Of a DNA stretch of 64,000 nt, positions 23,497-33,710 are shown piece by piece; within the stretch, counting starts at the first letter, position 1, and every line of letters starts with the position of its first letter. Under the pieces are notes generated by a model. The model saw nothing but the letters and a program-made list of their open reading frames with translations, searched no databases and was not told the DNA's origin. The translations under genes and the position numbers were made by a program. The DNA comes from Tetramitus jugosus (taxonomy: Eukaryota > Protista > Heterolobosea): NCBI GenBank assembly GCA_937625935.1, contig OW569350.1:248001-312000 (forward strand). The letters run 5' to 3'.

Positions 23497-23780
23497 CTTT
23501 TTTTTTTAATACAACCATTGCGGTTGCTCACTTTATTATCAATACATTTTCATCAGCCATCGCTCATTGAGCGATGGCTCTTGGTCTTCTGATTAATTCC
23601 CAATGACGCTCGCAGAGCGTCATTGCTGTTGTTGCGCTTTTGTTGCTGTGAAGAGGTGAAGGAGAGTCGTGAGAAACAAATGCCATCGATGATGTCACCA
23701 ACGGACTGGTAGCGATTGTGATCAAAACAGCAGAAGCCGGTAAGAAAGCGAAAACCTATGTGAATGGGGTGAGCAAAACG
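23497..23780 (-). mobile_element. 5'-truncated, 5'-inverted non-LTR retroelement copy upstream of tRNA-Lys
   Basis: T10 tract at 23498-23507 (poly(A) tail on minus); 3' UTR homologous to 49400-49570; candidate TSD GTCTTTTTG at 23488-23496 and 23781-23789; segment ~23682-23780 inverted. Confidence 0.85.
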
Positions 23781-23830
23781 GTCTTTTTGGGGAAATCCTC
23801 CATAGACCCGTAAAATATAATAAACAACAA

Positions 23831-23903
23831 GCCTCCCTAGCTCAGTCGGTAGAGCGTTGGGCTTTTAACCCAACGGTCGGGGGTTCGAGCCCCCCGGAAG
23901 GCG
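23831..23903 (+). tRNA. tRNA-Lys(TTT): tRNA-Lys (TTT)
   Basis: Cloverleaf GCCTCCC/GGAAGGC (one C-A mismatch), D-arm GCTC/GAGC, anticodon arm TTGGG-CTTTTAA-CCCAA, T-arm GGGGG-TTCGAGC-CCCCC; TTTT at 23910-23913. Confidence 0.93.
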
Positions 23904-24079
23904 AACTCCTTTTGCTGTAGGCTGAGCCAATATGACGGATTTTTTGTTTACAACGAGTTTTACAATGTATTTACAATAAACACACTGAAAAATACAATCA
24001 AAAATCAAAAGAAAGAGAACATCGTGCCACCATATTGCTGAGCATTGCTCGAGCGACATGGTCGAGGACAATTCTGTTA

Positions 24080-24490
24080 GTCTCGCTCATTCATCAGAGC
24101 AACCAACTTCAAATGCACCTTCTCATCCTCCTTTAGAGCCCTGCACCAGTTATACTTACCAATGGACCTTTGCCAGGCCTTCAAGTCAACATCAGTTTGA
24201 TCATCAAGCCACATAGGAGTATCTTTCTACCAATGACACTATATCTTTGCGTGTTGGTATTTTGCAATCTGCCTCTAGAATGTACTTGTTGAGGTCAGTG
24301 AAATCCAAGATTTCTCTGGGTCGAGAAGGATCAGACTCTCTGGGTATGATTCTCATTGGAGCAATGAAAAACGCCCCCTCTTTTGGTATCTCTATCAACC
24401 CCCGCTACACACTCGTTAACTCGAGAATCCATCACTTGGCACATTTCTCCTTGATGAACATCATTCGAGACAATTTCTTACGGACAACAG
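24080..24490 (-). mobile_element. Degraded reverse-transcriptase fragment (DIRS/LTR-type N-terminal RT motifs)
   Basis: LIEIP..FFIAPMRIIPRESDPSRPREILDFTDLNKYI..CKIPTRKDI resembles the early RT motifs (P.F.VPK..R.I.D...LN) of LTR/DIRS elements; interrupted by stops. Confidence 0.5.
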
Positions 24491-24581
24491 ATTCAGGCTA
24501 GGCCTAATCTAACGATTGGATTATACATAAACAAGGAATTGTAGAATGATTTTTGTTGATTAGCTTTAGCAAAACGACAAG

Positions 24582-25842
24582 TTGATAAATGTTCAGAATT
24601 ATCAAAGCCAGTCAGTCATCCAGTCATTGCCATTTCCTTTGTTTTTCAACTCTTTGTGTATGGACGATTTGTTCTCACTATTTTCTCAACAAGACTCTGG
24701 TGTACCTAAAGATGGTATGACAAGAATATCTTCATTCAAGAAATGGTTTGTAGAGCAAAAGAATGAAGATTTTAGCAATGTTAACGGTGCTATTACCGTT
24801 AATTATTTGAAGAAGTACTGTTCAGTGAGTGTGGTAATGGGATTGAATAGGATTAGTAATTTTAGAGACCACTGGAAATGGGACTCCGCCTCTGCAAGTA
24901 TGTTTGGCAACAGAGTTATTGGCCGTAGATGAAACTAGGATTGCGTGGAAAGGTAGAGTGAAGTTCAAGCAGTACCTACCAGCAAAACCTTGCAAATATG
25001 GATTGAAGAAGTTTGTACTTTGTGATGAGACAGGGTATGTCTATTGTTCCTGGCTGTAGAAGGGTAAAGATTCCAGAAGAAACTCAGATGCTAAATCTGT
25101 TGTTCTCGATTTTGCAGATGATATCCCAAAACACAATGATCAAGAATATGTCTTGTACTTTGACAACTACTATGCATCACTTGATCTATCATTGACATTG
25201 CAGGAGCAGAATATGTATCGTGTTTGTACAGTAAGAGGTAATCGATCGACTTGGTTGTTCTCGAGAGGGATGCAGAACACATCCAGTGACACAGCTGATA
25301 ATAGAGAGTAGACATACAGAGTTTCTCCAGATGGTAATGTTGTAGCGTACTCTTACAGTGATAGAAAGGGTTGCTACTTTTTATCCAATTATTGTGGTAC
25401 GGATGTCCATGTTGGTCCTCACAACAGCAAATCAGAAGTAGCTCAAGTCTACAATAAATATATGGGCGCTATTGATAAATCTGATGCTATGATTCATCAG
25501 TGTTTGCCTTTCCCTCGCAGGAAAAACAAATGGACATGTGTGTTCATGTTCCATTCGTTCAAGACAACATTTGTCAATTCCTGGATTCTGTACAAACATA
25601 TGAAAACAACCCAATGTACTAACAGTGATGTAAACCAGCTGTACAAGATACAGAAGAAGTGGCTGAGTATGACACAGAATGAATTTTTAGAACAGTATGT
25701 TGTTTCCCAGAATCTGTTCCTAGATAGGGTGAATTATCAGAGTAGCCATTGTCACTACCAAGAGAATTTAACAAGAAGGTCGTGTACTATTTGGGATTTC
25801 CTTATATATTACCCTGTCCATATTTACTTTCGATCACGGTAA
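24582..25842 (+). mobile_element. piggyBac transposase pseudogene
   Basis: Across frameshifts: MGLNRISNFRDHW, VDETRIAWKGRVKFKQYLPAKPCKYGLK, YFDNYYASLDL..TVRGNR, YNKYMGAIDKSD..RRKNKW..NSWILYK (piggyBac DDD motifs). TIRs and TTAA ends not found. Confidence 0.88.
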
Positions 25843-26113
25843 CAAAGTCATGAGTTTTTAAACTTCTTCCAAAATTCAACATAAACTGCTTTGACAAACT
25901 TGTTCCCATGATATATGAGTATATCAAGCTACAAAGAGTTAATGCAATGTCTACAATTTACAATTTTGGTTAATTATCTGCATTCAATAAGGTTTGATAG
26001 TGGAAGCTCCCTCATTTATCATCTTGTCGAAAATCCAAAAGCTCTGGGTATGAATTAAACTTCATCACCTTTTCAAAGAAGCAAAGAATTGTTTGTGGTG
26101 CTGCAAGGTCTGT

Positions 26114-28447
26114 TTATTCTGTCGATAATGAAATTAACGTTCGCAGCTGAGTCATCCAATCCTCACATATAATTTTTGATTCCGCAGCCAGGAATGTAAC
26201 CTTTCCAGTATTGGCTGTCAACTGAATACAATTGTCGCGCCTGTTAGAACGAGATATCGCTGTGATCGAACTCTTTGTTATTATCCCTATTGGGCTTTGT
26301 GACTGTGGAGAATCAAAATAGGATATATCATGGTCGAACACACACCATCGCTTCTTCCACTTTAAACTAGAAGGAGATCGCTTGTACATATAATTACTCA
26401 AGCGAATAGTGTTCACAGGATTATTCGTATTTGATGTTTGAACCACTCCACCTCCTATTACATTGTTCTGTTGGTTAGCAGGTGATATCGTGCTCGGTGT
26501 TGAAGAACTTGGTTTGATTGGGTTAATAATTCTAGCACCACCTCTCTTACGGCGCACGATTGGTACATCTTCATTGAACTGACTAACATTAGATATCACC
26601 TTTTCATCTTGCGTCTCACCAACTAGACTCAGAGCAACATCATCAACAGTCGCGTCATTATTGTCAATGGTCGTCTGAGATAAACTTGATTGTTCAACAC
26701 CATTGATAATATCAATTACGTTGCTAACAAGAGTAGCGTCAGTCATCTCACTTGTAGTATCGTTGGAATTGCTTATTGGTATTGAGTTACATTTGGTTGA
26801 GTGATGCTCTATCTTTGCCTCATTTTCGTCAGCCTCTAAAAGACTGTCTGTAGACACGCTATCACCGTGTACTACGCGTATCCGACCACCTTCTTCAACA
26901 GAAATATCGTATACGGATTGCATTCCTTCAGGATGAAAATTAATGACAGAAGTAGCCAGAGGCTCTTGATCAACAATCCAAGAAGTAAAATTACACGCGG
27001 CTTCATGCTTGGCAGGCTCATTTGTATACAGATCCTCTTGAAACAAATTCAAATTCCTTCGAGGAACGATAAAGGATAGAGCATCAACACTGGAGTCCAT
27101 TAATCGAATAAACTTGGCAACTTCACACCGTCTCACATCCAAACTCTTTCTTGGCATTAGTCTAATACCTTGCTGAGACTTGTTTGCAACATACTCACCA
27201 GAATAGATACTATTAGTTGTAATCCGATGTGTTGATGATGAATTGCAGATGCTATCCAAATCAAAATATCTGATACTTCGATCTCCTTTACCATGTAGCA
27301 TCACCAAGTTATTGGATTGAAGATAGAATGGTTGTAATTGTGCTGGAGAAGAATCAATCTCATAACTCAATAAGAATGAATCACGAACGACATCAGACCC
27401 TATATTCATCATATCATCACGAATCATCTTTCTTGTATCATATATTCGAAACTCTCTCTTTGCACTCTTACCGAATCCACAGTTTAATATATAGGGAGAA
27501 TTGCCAAGCCATACGCCATTCAGTCCTCGCATCTGCGTATTGACACTCCAAATATCTTGAGTACTCACTCTGGGATCAAAGAACCGCATATAGCGATCTC
27601 TAGAGGCAGTAACCATCAAAGATCCATCATAACTGAACATGACACCATCGACACAATCTGAATGACTCATGGAACTCCACACTGGCTCCGAATCATTACC
27701 ACATAGATCCCATATATTGAAATGTCTGTTCTGATGACTCGTTATCAACATGCCAGAGACCATGCTGTGAAAATAAAGGCGTAGTGCAGCAGATGAGCAC
27801 TGAATGACATGCTGTGTATCAGCATCTCCAACAACAGTCCTGTTTGAATCACTGCTACCATGGTAGAACAATGACTGAGGCAAACTCCAAAATTTAATCT
27901 TATTGTCCATTCCGGACGATACGATCCGTTGACAATTGTCTTCATCGCCACGTGTCTCTGTCGACACAAATGGATCATACTCATAATCGAGCACCGATAC
28001 TGAGTGTGCATTGATCATTACTTCATGATTGTCATGCTTGTTTTTTTTATGATCGTTATTATGGATATGATTGTTTGAGTGATGCATTTTTACATGAAGA
28101 GAACCAATGGTCCTCACAGGAACACAGTACGAATGCTCATTGCACTTGATTGCTGAAGAACATCGAGAAGATGATGCTGGGTGAATATTCGTGTCAATAA
28201 CACGATTCCCATTGGTAGCAAGAAGACTTCGATACACTGAACTCAATGTTTTCAGTGAACCAACACTGCTATTACTATTACTGTTGTTATTGTCATTATG
28301 ATTGTTGTTGGGACTATGATTTTTGTTGCTCTTGATGTGAATATTCTTTTTGCGTGTTGTCGTCGTCGAAGAACTTGATGATGACAATACTACTTGATGT
28401 GATGATGATGATTGTGACTGTGGTGGGTGTTGTTGAGAGACGGTCAT
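26114..28447 (-). CDS. Coronin-family WD40 protein with a C-terminal PH domain
   Basis: GKGDRSIRYF, DVRRCEVAKF, SFIVPRR..FQEDLY (coronin); YMYKRSPSSLKWKKRWCVF..EDWMTQL (PH). Confidence 0.88.
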   Translation of the reverse strand: MTVSQQHPPQSQSSSSHQVVLSSSSSSTTTTRKKNIHIKSNKNHSPNNNHNDNNNSNSNSSVGSLKTLSSVYRSLLATNGNRVIDTNIHPASSSRCSSAIKCNEHSYCVPVRTIGSLHVKMHHSNNHIHNNDHKKNKHDNHEVMINAHSVSVLDYEYDPFVSTETRGDEDNCQRIVSSGMDNKIKFWSLPQSLFYHGSSDSNRTVVGDADTQHVIQCSSAALRLYFHSMVSGMLITSHQNRHFNIWDLCGNDSEPVWSSMSHSDCVDGVMFSYDGSLMVTASRDRYMRFFDPRVSTQDIWSVNTQMRGLNGVWLGNSPYILNCGFGKSAKREFRIYDTRKMIRDDMMNIGSDVVRDSFLLSYEIDSSPAQLQPFYLQSNNLVMLHGKGDRSIRYFDLDSICNSSSTHRITTNSIYSGEYVANKSQQGIRLMPRKSLDVRRCEVAKFIRLMDSSVDALSFIVPRRNLNLFQEDLYTNEPAKHEAACNFTSWIVDQEPLATSVINFHPEGMQSVYDISVEEGGRIRVVHGDSVSTDSLLEADENEAKIEHHSTKCNSIPISNSNDTTSEMTDATLVSNVIDIINGVEQSSLSQTTIDNNDATVDDVALSLVGETQDEKVISNVSQFNEDVPIVRRKRGGARIINPIKPSSSTPSTISPANQQNNVIGGGVVQTSNTNNPVNTIRLSNYMYKRSPSSLKWKKRWCVFDHDISYFDSPQSQSPIGIITKSSITAISRSNRRDNCIQLTANTGKVTFLAAESKIICEDWMTQLRTLISLSTE

Positions 28448-28738
28448 TTGGACGACTCACAGAGATTATGGTAATAAATAAAAAATGTGGATATGAAGAA
28501 TGGGAACTTCAACGATGATGAAATCAACTGGTTGGTGTGTGGATGTTTTCGTTCGGATTGTCTTTTTGGTTTTGGAGGTTCGGTTTCACGAGTTTTTGGC
28601 CAAAAGATTTTTTTTCTACGGTATAATACCATTCTCCGCGCGAGAAACGACACTTGACGTCGAATCATGCACGCACCAACTTTTCATTGACAAACAAAAG
28701 AACGAAAAACAAACAAGTTGAACAAGTCAGAATAATTA

Positions 28739-29281
28739 ATGAGTACTAAAATCACATTCTTTGTGACCAACATTGAAGCATCCCCTAGTAAGCCATTTGA
28801 GCTCTTTCTCAATGGTGAGCTCTTTTACCAATCGTCCCAGACCATATCGGATGGTCAGTGGATGAATCTGACTGCTGATTTCGAAGGAGTAGATCTACAA
28901 GAAGAAGAGCTTGTTGTTCAATTGAAGATCAACATACCAGCTCGCAACATTGTAGATAGAGAACAAGAGTTGAACATTGGTGTTGGAGGTCCATTTGTGA
29001 TGATACGAACAGTGCCATCCGGTGATGATGAATGTCGATTGTCTGTGCGACAATCTCAAAAGGAATTTCCGTTGACTCCAACTGCGCTGCCCGATCAACA
29101 AAGCAAGTCGACGAGTGCTAGCACAACAAGACCAAGCAACAATGCTCCACAAGCTGCTACCACTACGTCTCAAACAAAGGACTACATTCAAGAGCTAGAA
29201 ATGCTCGCAAACTTGAGAGACTCTGGCATCCTAAGCGCAGCGGAATTTGAGGCAAAGAAGAAGAAACTTCTCGGATTGTAA
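28739..29281 (+). CDS. SHOCT-domain protein
   Basis: C-terminal ELEMLANLRDSGILSAAEFEAKKKKLL. Confidence 0.8.
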   Translation: MSTKITFFVTNIEASPSKPFELFLNGELFYQSSQTISDGQWMNLTADFEGVDLQEEELVVQLKINIPARNIVDREQELNIGVGGPFVMIRTVPSGDDECRLSVRQSQKEFPLTPTALPDQQSKSTSASTTRPSNNAPQAATTTSQTKDYIQELEMLANLRDSGILSAAEFEAKKKKLLGL

Positions 29282-29310
29282 ACGACAAAACCCGCCAATA
29301 ACACCATTCT

Positions 29311-29334
29311 TTTTGGCGCGAAACTTTTGGCGCC
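29311..29334 (+). promoter_or_regulatory. Tandem E2F-like sites
   Basis: TTTTGGCGCGAAA followed by TTTTGGCGCC, ~80-100 bp upstream of the ATG at 29410. Confidence 0.4.
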
Positions 29335-29409
29335 CTTTTCCGTTTGTCATCCAACACAAAATACACACAAAACGCCCCAAACAAAACAAACGGACAGACC
29401 AGAGAGACA

Positions 29410-30780
29410 ATGAGTCATCCAACAGCCAAAAACAAAAACAAATCTCTCTTCTCCTCGAATTCTCAACTCTACGATCAAATTTATGACCTGTACAGAGAGG
29501 ATCTACAGAGCTATGAGCATGAAATTGCATGCTTGGAACGAAAATTATCAATAGCTCAAAAACTGCATGCAGCAGAGCTCAACCACTGGAAAAACAAGGT
29601 CACAATCAACAGACAACAAATTGAAATATTGAGAGAAGATGTCAAATATTACAAGAATCAGTGCATGGAACTATCAGACTACTACAGTCATTTTCACTAT
29701 CAGAAGACAATGTCCAATTGGAAAAAGACTGCGAGTCACGTATCCAAAGTCAATAGTCACTTGTTCAAGTCCATGCATCAACGATCAGAAGTCATCTCTC
29801 AAATGAAATCCAAAATGATTGAAAAATCGATTGCTTCACTCCATTCCAGTAGCAACAGTAGCAGTAGTAACGAACATGTGACAACAATAGCAGAATCGAA
29901 GGGTACAATGGATCATGAGCATGAAAAACGACGAGGATTGAATGATTCGGACGAGAAGGTTCGACTATTAGAACTGCAATTGGCAGAAACTGTTCAGGAG
30001 TTGAATATGACGCGTCACATGTTGAATGAAGAGAAGAGAAAGAGTAGTACACGATTCTCGAGTGGAATTGATTCGCCAATGTTTTCACCTTCGCCTATTA
30101 AGCACACGAAAGATGATATGCCGTTGGATAGTCCAATGACTGCAAACGCTTTCCACAAGCTGTTGTCACAGTACTCTGCGATTGATCAACGGCAATCAAA
30201 ACCACACTCTGAGGTGGTACAACCACAGATACGACAAGAAGCTGATCGGAAAGAACGAAAAGACAAAGAATCATTGGCAAGAAATGATGAGCATGGTTCA
30301 GTGAAGAAGAAAGAAAGAGTAGATCCAGTTTCGCCGCAGAGTAGCTCTCTGGGTCCAACAAACTCGGTGAATGCTGCGGTGCGCAAGCAGCTCCACTTTG
30401 AAGCCGGAACAACAACTAGCGGTAGTTCTCCTGAACAGGAGAAGAATCCATTCCAATCACCAACAGATATCACACCCTCTGTTGTCACTGACAGTCCTAT
30501 CACCAGCTCGGGAACAAAACGGCCCAGAAGTACCAGCGAGTCGAATATTATCAGCAGTACAAAGAAGAAAAAGGTGTCAATCAATGATAGTCAAGTTCCA
30601 CTGTCACAATCCATGGCTGCGAAGAGTGACAGCACACTCTCTGAATTAATTAAGGGCTCCCCTCTAGGTCTTCCTGCTCACCTGAACTCCAAAGCGAAAG
30701 CAATAGGCATGAAAAGAGTTGTGAACAACTTATTGTTCTCGTCCAATGTACCCATAGTAAAGAAGAAGGACAAGGATTAA
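29410..30780 (+). CDS. Hypothetical coiled-coil, SP-rich protein
   Basis: 456-codon ORF; N-terminal coiled coil, many S/T-P sites, basic NLS-like KRPR..KKKK. Confidence 0.75.
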   Translation: MSHPTAKNKNKSLFSSNSQLYDQIYDLYREDLQSYEHEIACLERKLSIAQKLHAAELNHWKNKVTINRQQIEILREDVKYYKNQCMELSDYYSHFHYQKTMSNWKKTASHVSKVNSHLFKSMHQRSEVISQMKSKMIEKSIASLHSSSNSSSSNEHVTTIAESKGTMDHEHEKRRGLNDSDEKVRLLELQLAETVQELNMTRHMLNEEKRKSSTRFSSGIDSPMFSPSPIKHTKDDMPLDSPMTANAFHKLLSQYSAIDQRQSKPHSEVVQPQIRQEADRKERKDKESLARNDEHGSVKKKERVDPVSPQSSSLGPTNSVNAAVRKQLHFEAGTTTSGSSPEQEKNPFQSPTDITPSVVTDSPITSSGTKRPRSTSESNIISSTKKKKVSINDSQVPLSQSMAAKSDSTLSELIKGSPLGLPAHLNSKAKAIGMKRVVNNLLFSSNVPIVKKKDKD

Positions 30781-30925
30781 TGATTAATACAATCGTGAAC
30801 GTGTAGTTTATCAGAGAAGTCAGCATTACATGTCAAGCAAGGAATTTCCTCGAGTGTGCCTCAGAGGTGGCACAATAGCGAAGATTGAACGTAACAAAGG
30901 TTTGTGGAGGATGAAAAGAAAAAAT

Positions 30926-32299
30926 TTACTGACGCCATATGTTGAACATGGTGTTTGTCTTGAAGCCATTGAATCCACCGCTAGCACTGGCAGTGGTGTA
31001 GCTTCCAAAGTTAGTAAAGTACATCCATTCACCAACAGAGAGCTCAGGCATCATGACGCGCTTTGTAATAACATCCATAGAGTCGCAAGTTGGTCCGAAA
31101 ATGGTGGACATGAACTCTGGTGCATCAGGTTCGACATCTCTCAACAAGTTCACCTTTGGCACATAGTGGTCAAAGAAAATGTTGTTAAAGGAACCGTAGA
31201 CACCATCACTGACATAGTACAGGAAGTCGTCATCCTTTGAGACAGTTTGAATCTCTTGAATCTCACAGGCATCATTTTGAGCTTCATCTGCATTGAATTT
31301 CTCCTCAATATCGTCGTCCTGGCTTGCCTTTCTGCAGTCTCTCTTGGAGAAGACGTTGACAGCAAGGGTAGAAGTACCAGCGGCAATATATCTTCCAGGC
31401 TCACCAATAAACTCAACGCCCTCTGGGAAATATTGTTCCAAACTGTTTCTAATTTGTTCGGAAGTACTCTCAAAGTTTGCCGAGTGCTTCAAGCTGGAAG
31501 ATTTGGATTCTTCTCTGAAACCAGGGAAACCACCACCAATGTCCAAGAGGTGCATTTGGAAGCCTTCTTCTGCAGCGACATTGAACACCTTTCTGGCATT
31601 TCTAATGGCCTTCACAAATGACTCAGAGTCTTGACAGCCACTTCCAACATGGAAAGAGACACCTGCCAAGTGCATGCCATTGTCCTTCGCAACCTTGATC
31701 AGCTTTCTGACTCTGTTCATGTTTGCACCAAACTTGGTACTAAACTTGCACAGAGAGTTAGAGTCATCAGTTGCAATACGAATGACACACTTTGCCTCAG
31801 GCCAGTATCTCTTCAACTTCAAGAGTTCTTCTTCATTGTCCAGTGTGGTGTATTGAACGCCAACTTCTCTTGCATAACGCATGTGAGCAGGTTGCTTGCA
31901 TGGGTTAGCAAAGATGATTCTGTTGGCAGCATCAAATTTACCAGTCTCAGCATTGACATGAGTGTGCTTAATGTTGAGAACAGAACGAATCTCTTCCTTG
32001 GAAGCACAGTCGAATCCCATGCCCATGTGCTCCAAAATTCTCAGAATGGCTGGGTTTGGATTACACTTGACTGCATAGCGAATACCAACAGTTGGTAAAT
32101 TCTTTTGCCATCTCAAGACTTGTCTAGCAACAACAGACAAGTCGACAACATAAAATGGTTCCTCTGTTTGTTCAGAGTAGTTCTTGACCAAGTGTTTGAT
32201 ACCAGCCTTGTGTGAGACGGATTGGTCAATAGGAACAAATTTGCATTCCAATTCTTCGAAAATGTTCTTGAGAGAGCTCACGTCAGCGATAGAAGTCAT
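30926..32299 (-). CDS. ODC: Ornithine decarboxylase
   Basis: YAVKCN (PLP lysine), FDCAS, FANPCK, FHVGSG, DIGGGF, EPGRY, GPTCDS. Confidence 0.97.
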   Translation of the reverse strand: MTSIADVSSLKNIFEELECKFVPIDQSVSHKAGIKHLVKNYSEQTEEPFYVVDLSVVARQVLRWQKNLPTVGIRYAVKCNPNPAILRILEHMGMGFDCASKEEIRSVLNIKHTHVNAETGKFDAANRIIFANPCKQPAHMRYAREVGVQYTTLDNEEELLKLKRYWPEAKCVIRIATDDSNSLCKFSTKFGANMNRVRKLIKVAKDNGMHLAGVSFHVGSGCQDSESFVKAIRNARKVFNVAAEEGFQMHLLDIGGGFPGFREESKSSSLKHSANFESTSEQIRNSLEQYFPEGVEFIGEPGRYIAAGTSTLAVNVFSKRDCRKASQDDDIEEKFNADEAQNDACEIQEIQTVSKDDDFLYYVSDGVYGSFNNIFFDHYVPKVNLLRDVEPDAPEFMSTIFGPTCDSMDVITKRVMMPELSVGEWMYFTNFGSYTTASASGGFNGFKTNTMFNIWRQ

Positions 32300-33018
32300 T
32301 TCTTTTGATAAAAGTTTGTTTGTTTTTTAAGTTTGTGCAGGTAATTTTCAATGATGATAATGTGTACTAATAGCCGACTGGTAAAGTGTGGTGTTAGTAC
32401 TTGTGTAAGAGCTGATGTGGGAAAGGTTTCTTTTTGTTGTTTTTTTGGAAGAACTTTGGGAAGGTAGTTGTCTTTGAACAAGAGTTGAGAATCAACGGTT
32501 GTTTGTTGCTAGGGTGTGAGAAGAGCTTAGTTGAAGCTTTGCTTGTGCAGAGTAGTAGACTCTTTAGTAGGTTGGTTGGTTGGTGTGTGGTGGTTTGTGT
32601 GTTTTCTGTTTTGTGCAAGGTTGATTGAAAAGTTCTTTTTGAAGGCGGAGGGCACGACTTTCCCGGTGCAATATCTAAAAAGATATTTTGTAAAGTGATT
32701 CAATGTCACGAAGAACTCTTGAAATACATGCGGAGAATATTGAATGTCCGTTTGTCAACCAAGGGAATTTGAACGGTTATTCGTTTACGATTCGATCGGG
32801 TGCGATTCTGCGAGGATAAAGTTGAATCCGAAGATATACATCATTTATTGTGTTGATTTGATCTTGTGCATTCGTTTTTTTGATTGTTCTTCTGTGAGGA
32901 AGAAGCAAATGGACACTGAGGGGTCATGTACCACTGAACACGCGACAAGTTTCCATTTCATTTTTTTTGTGTGTCGTTACACAAACTCGTTCCGAAATTG
33001 TTTCAATCTGAACGATTG

Positions 33019-33531
33019 TTATCTTGGCTCCGCCGGCGTCCGTTTTTCAGTCGAACCAATCTTATCTCCACCGCCTACAGCCACTTTGCTGCTGTGATTA
33101 ATATTTCGTGCCTGTTTGTTTCTTGACGCTGTTGCTCGCTTCGTCTCATCACTGCCAACCAACACACCCATCTTTCTGAGTCTCTCTCTTGGATCAATCT
33201 CAATCATGATAGATGGCTTCAGAATATCGTAGGACAACGGTGCTGTCTGTTCAGTTTTCGCCGTTTCCAACGATGACACATCAGTGGATGAGAAGATGAC
33301 TGAAGCAATCGTTGCCACAATAATCAACAAAAGAACGCACACTAGACATGCTAATGCACTTGCCAGAGCATAATTCTTTGATAGACAACAACTCAGACTC
33401 ACATCATCACTACTGCTGCCATTGAGGGATCTCTTGGTTCGAGTAGAGCCATAGGATGATGATCTTTGGTGATGATGATGATTACTAGACAGTCTGTTGG
33501 TCGGTGTAGTCGTCGGTAAAATGGAATGCAT
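33019..33531 (-). CDS. Hypothetical single-pass membrane protein
   Basis: 170-aa ATG-initiated ORF with one hydrophobic helix (ALASALACLVCVLLLIIVATIASVIF). Confidence 0.6.
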   Translation of the reverse strand: MHSILPTTTPTNRLSSNHHHHQRSSSYGSTRTKRSLNGSSSDDVSLSCCLSKNYALASALACLVCVLLLIIVATIASVIFSSTDVSSLETAKTEQTAPLSYDILKPSIMIEIDPRERLRKMGVLVGSDETKRATASRNKQARNINHSSKVAVGGGDKIGSTEKRTPAEPR

Positions 33532-33710
33532 TGTTGTTGTGATTTTGATTTGTGCTACAAACTGTTGTGGAACAATTTTTTTTTCGGACTAATTGTTGAT
33601 GTCCGATGATGGACGCGATTTAGATGGTTCGAATAAATAATCTGGTGATGTTTTATCTGAAGAGTGTTCAGAAAACAACCTGACAGCTGTTGACTGTGTG
33701 GGATTCGTGC

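Noticed and set aside
25900-26110. Possible piggyBac right end
   Set aside because: No convincing terminal inverted repeat pair with TTAA duplication could be located.
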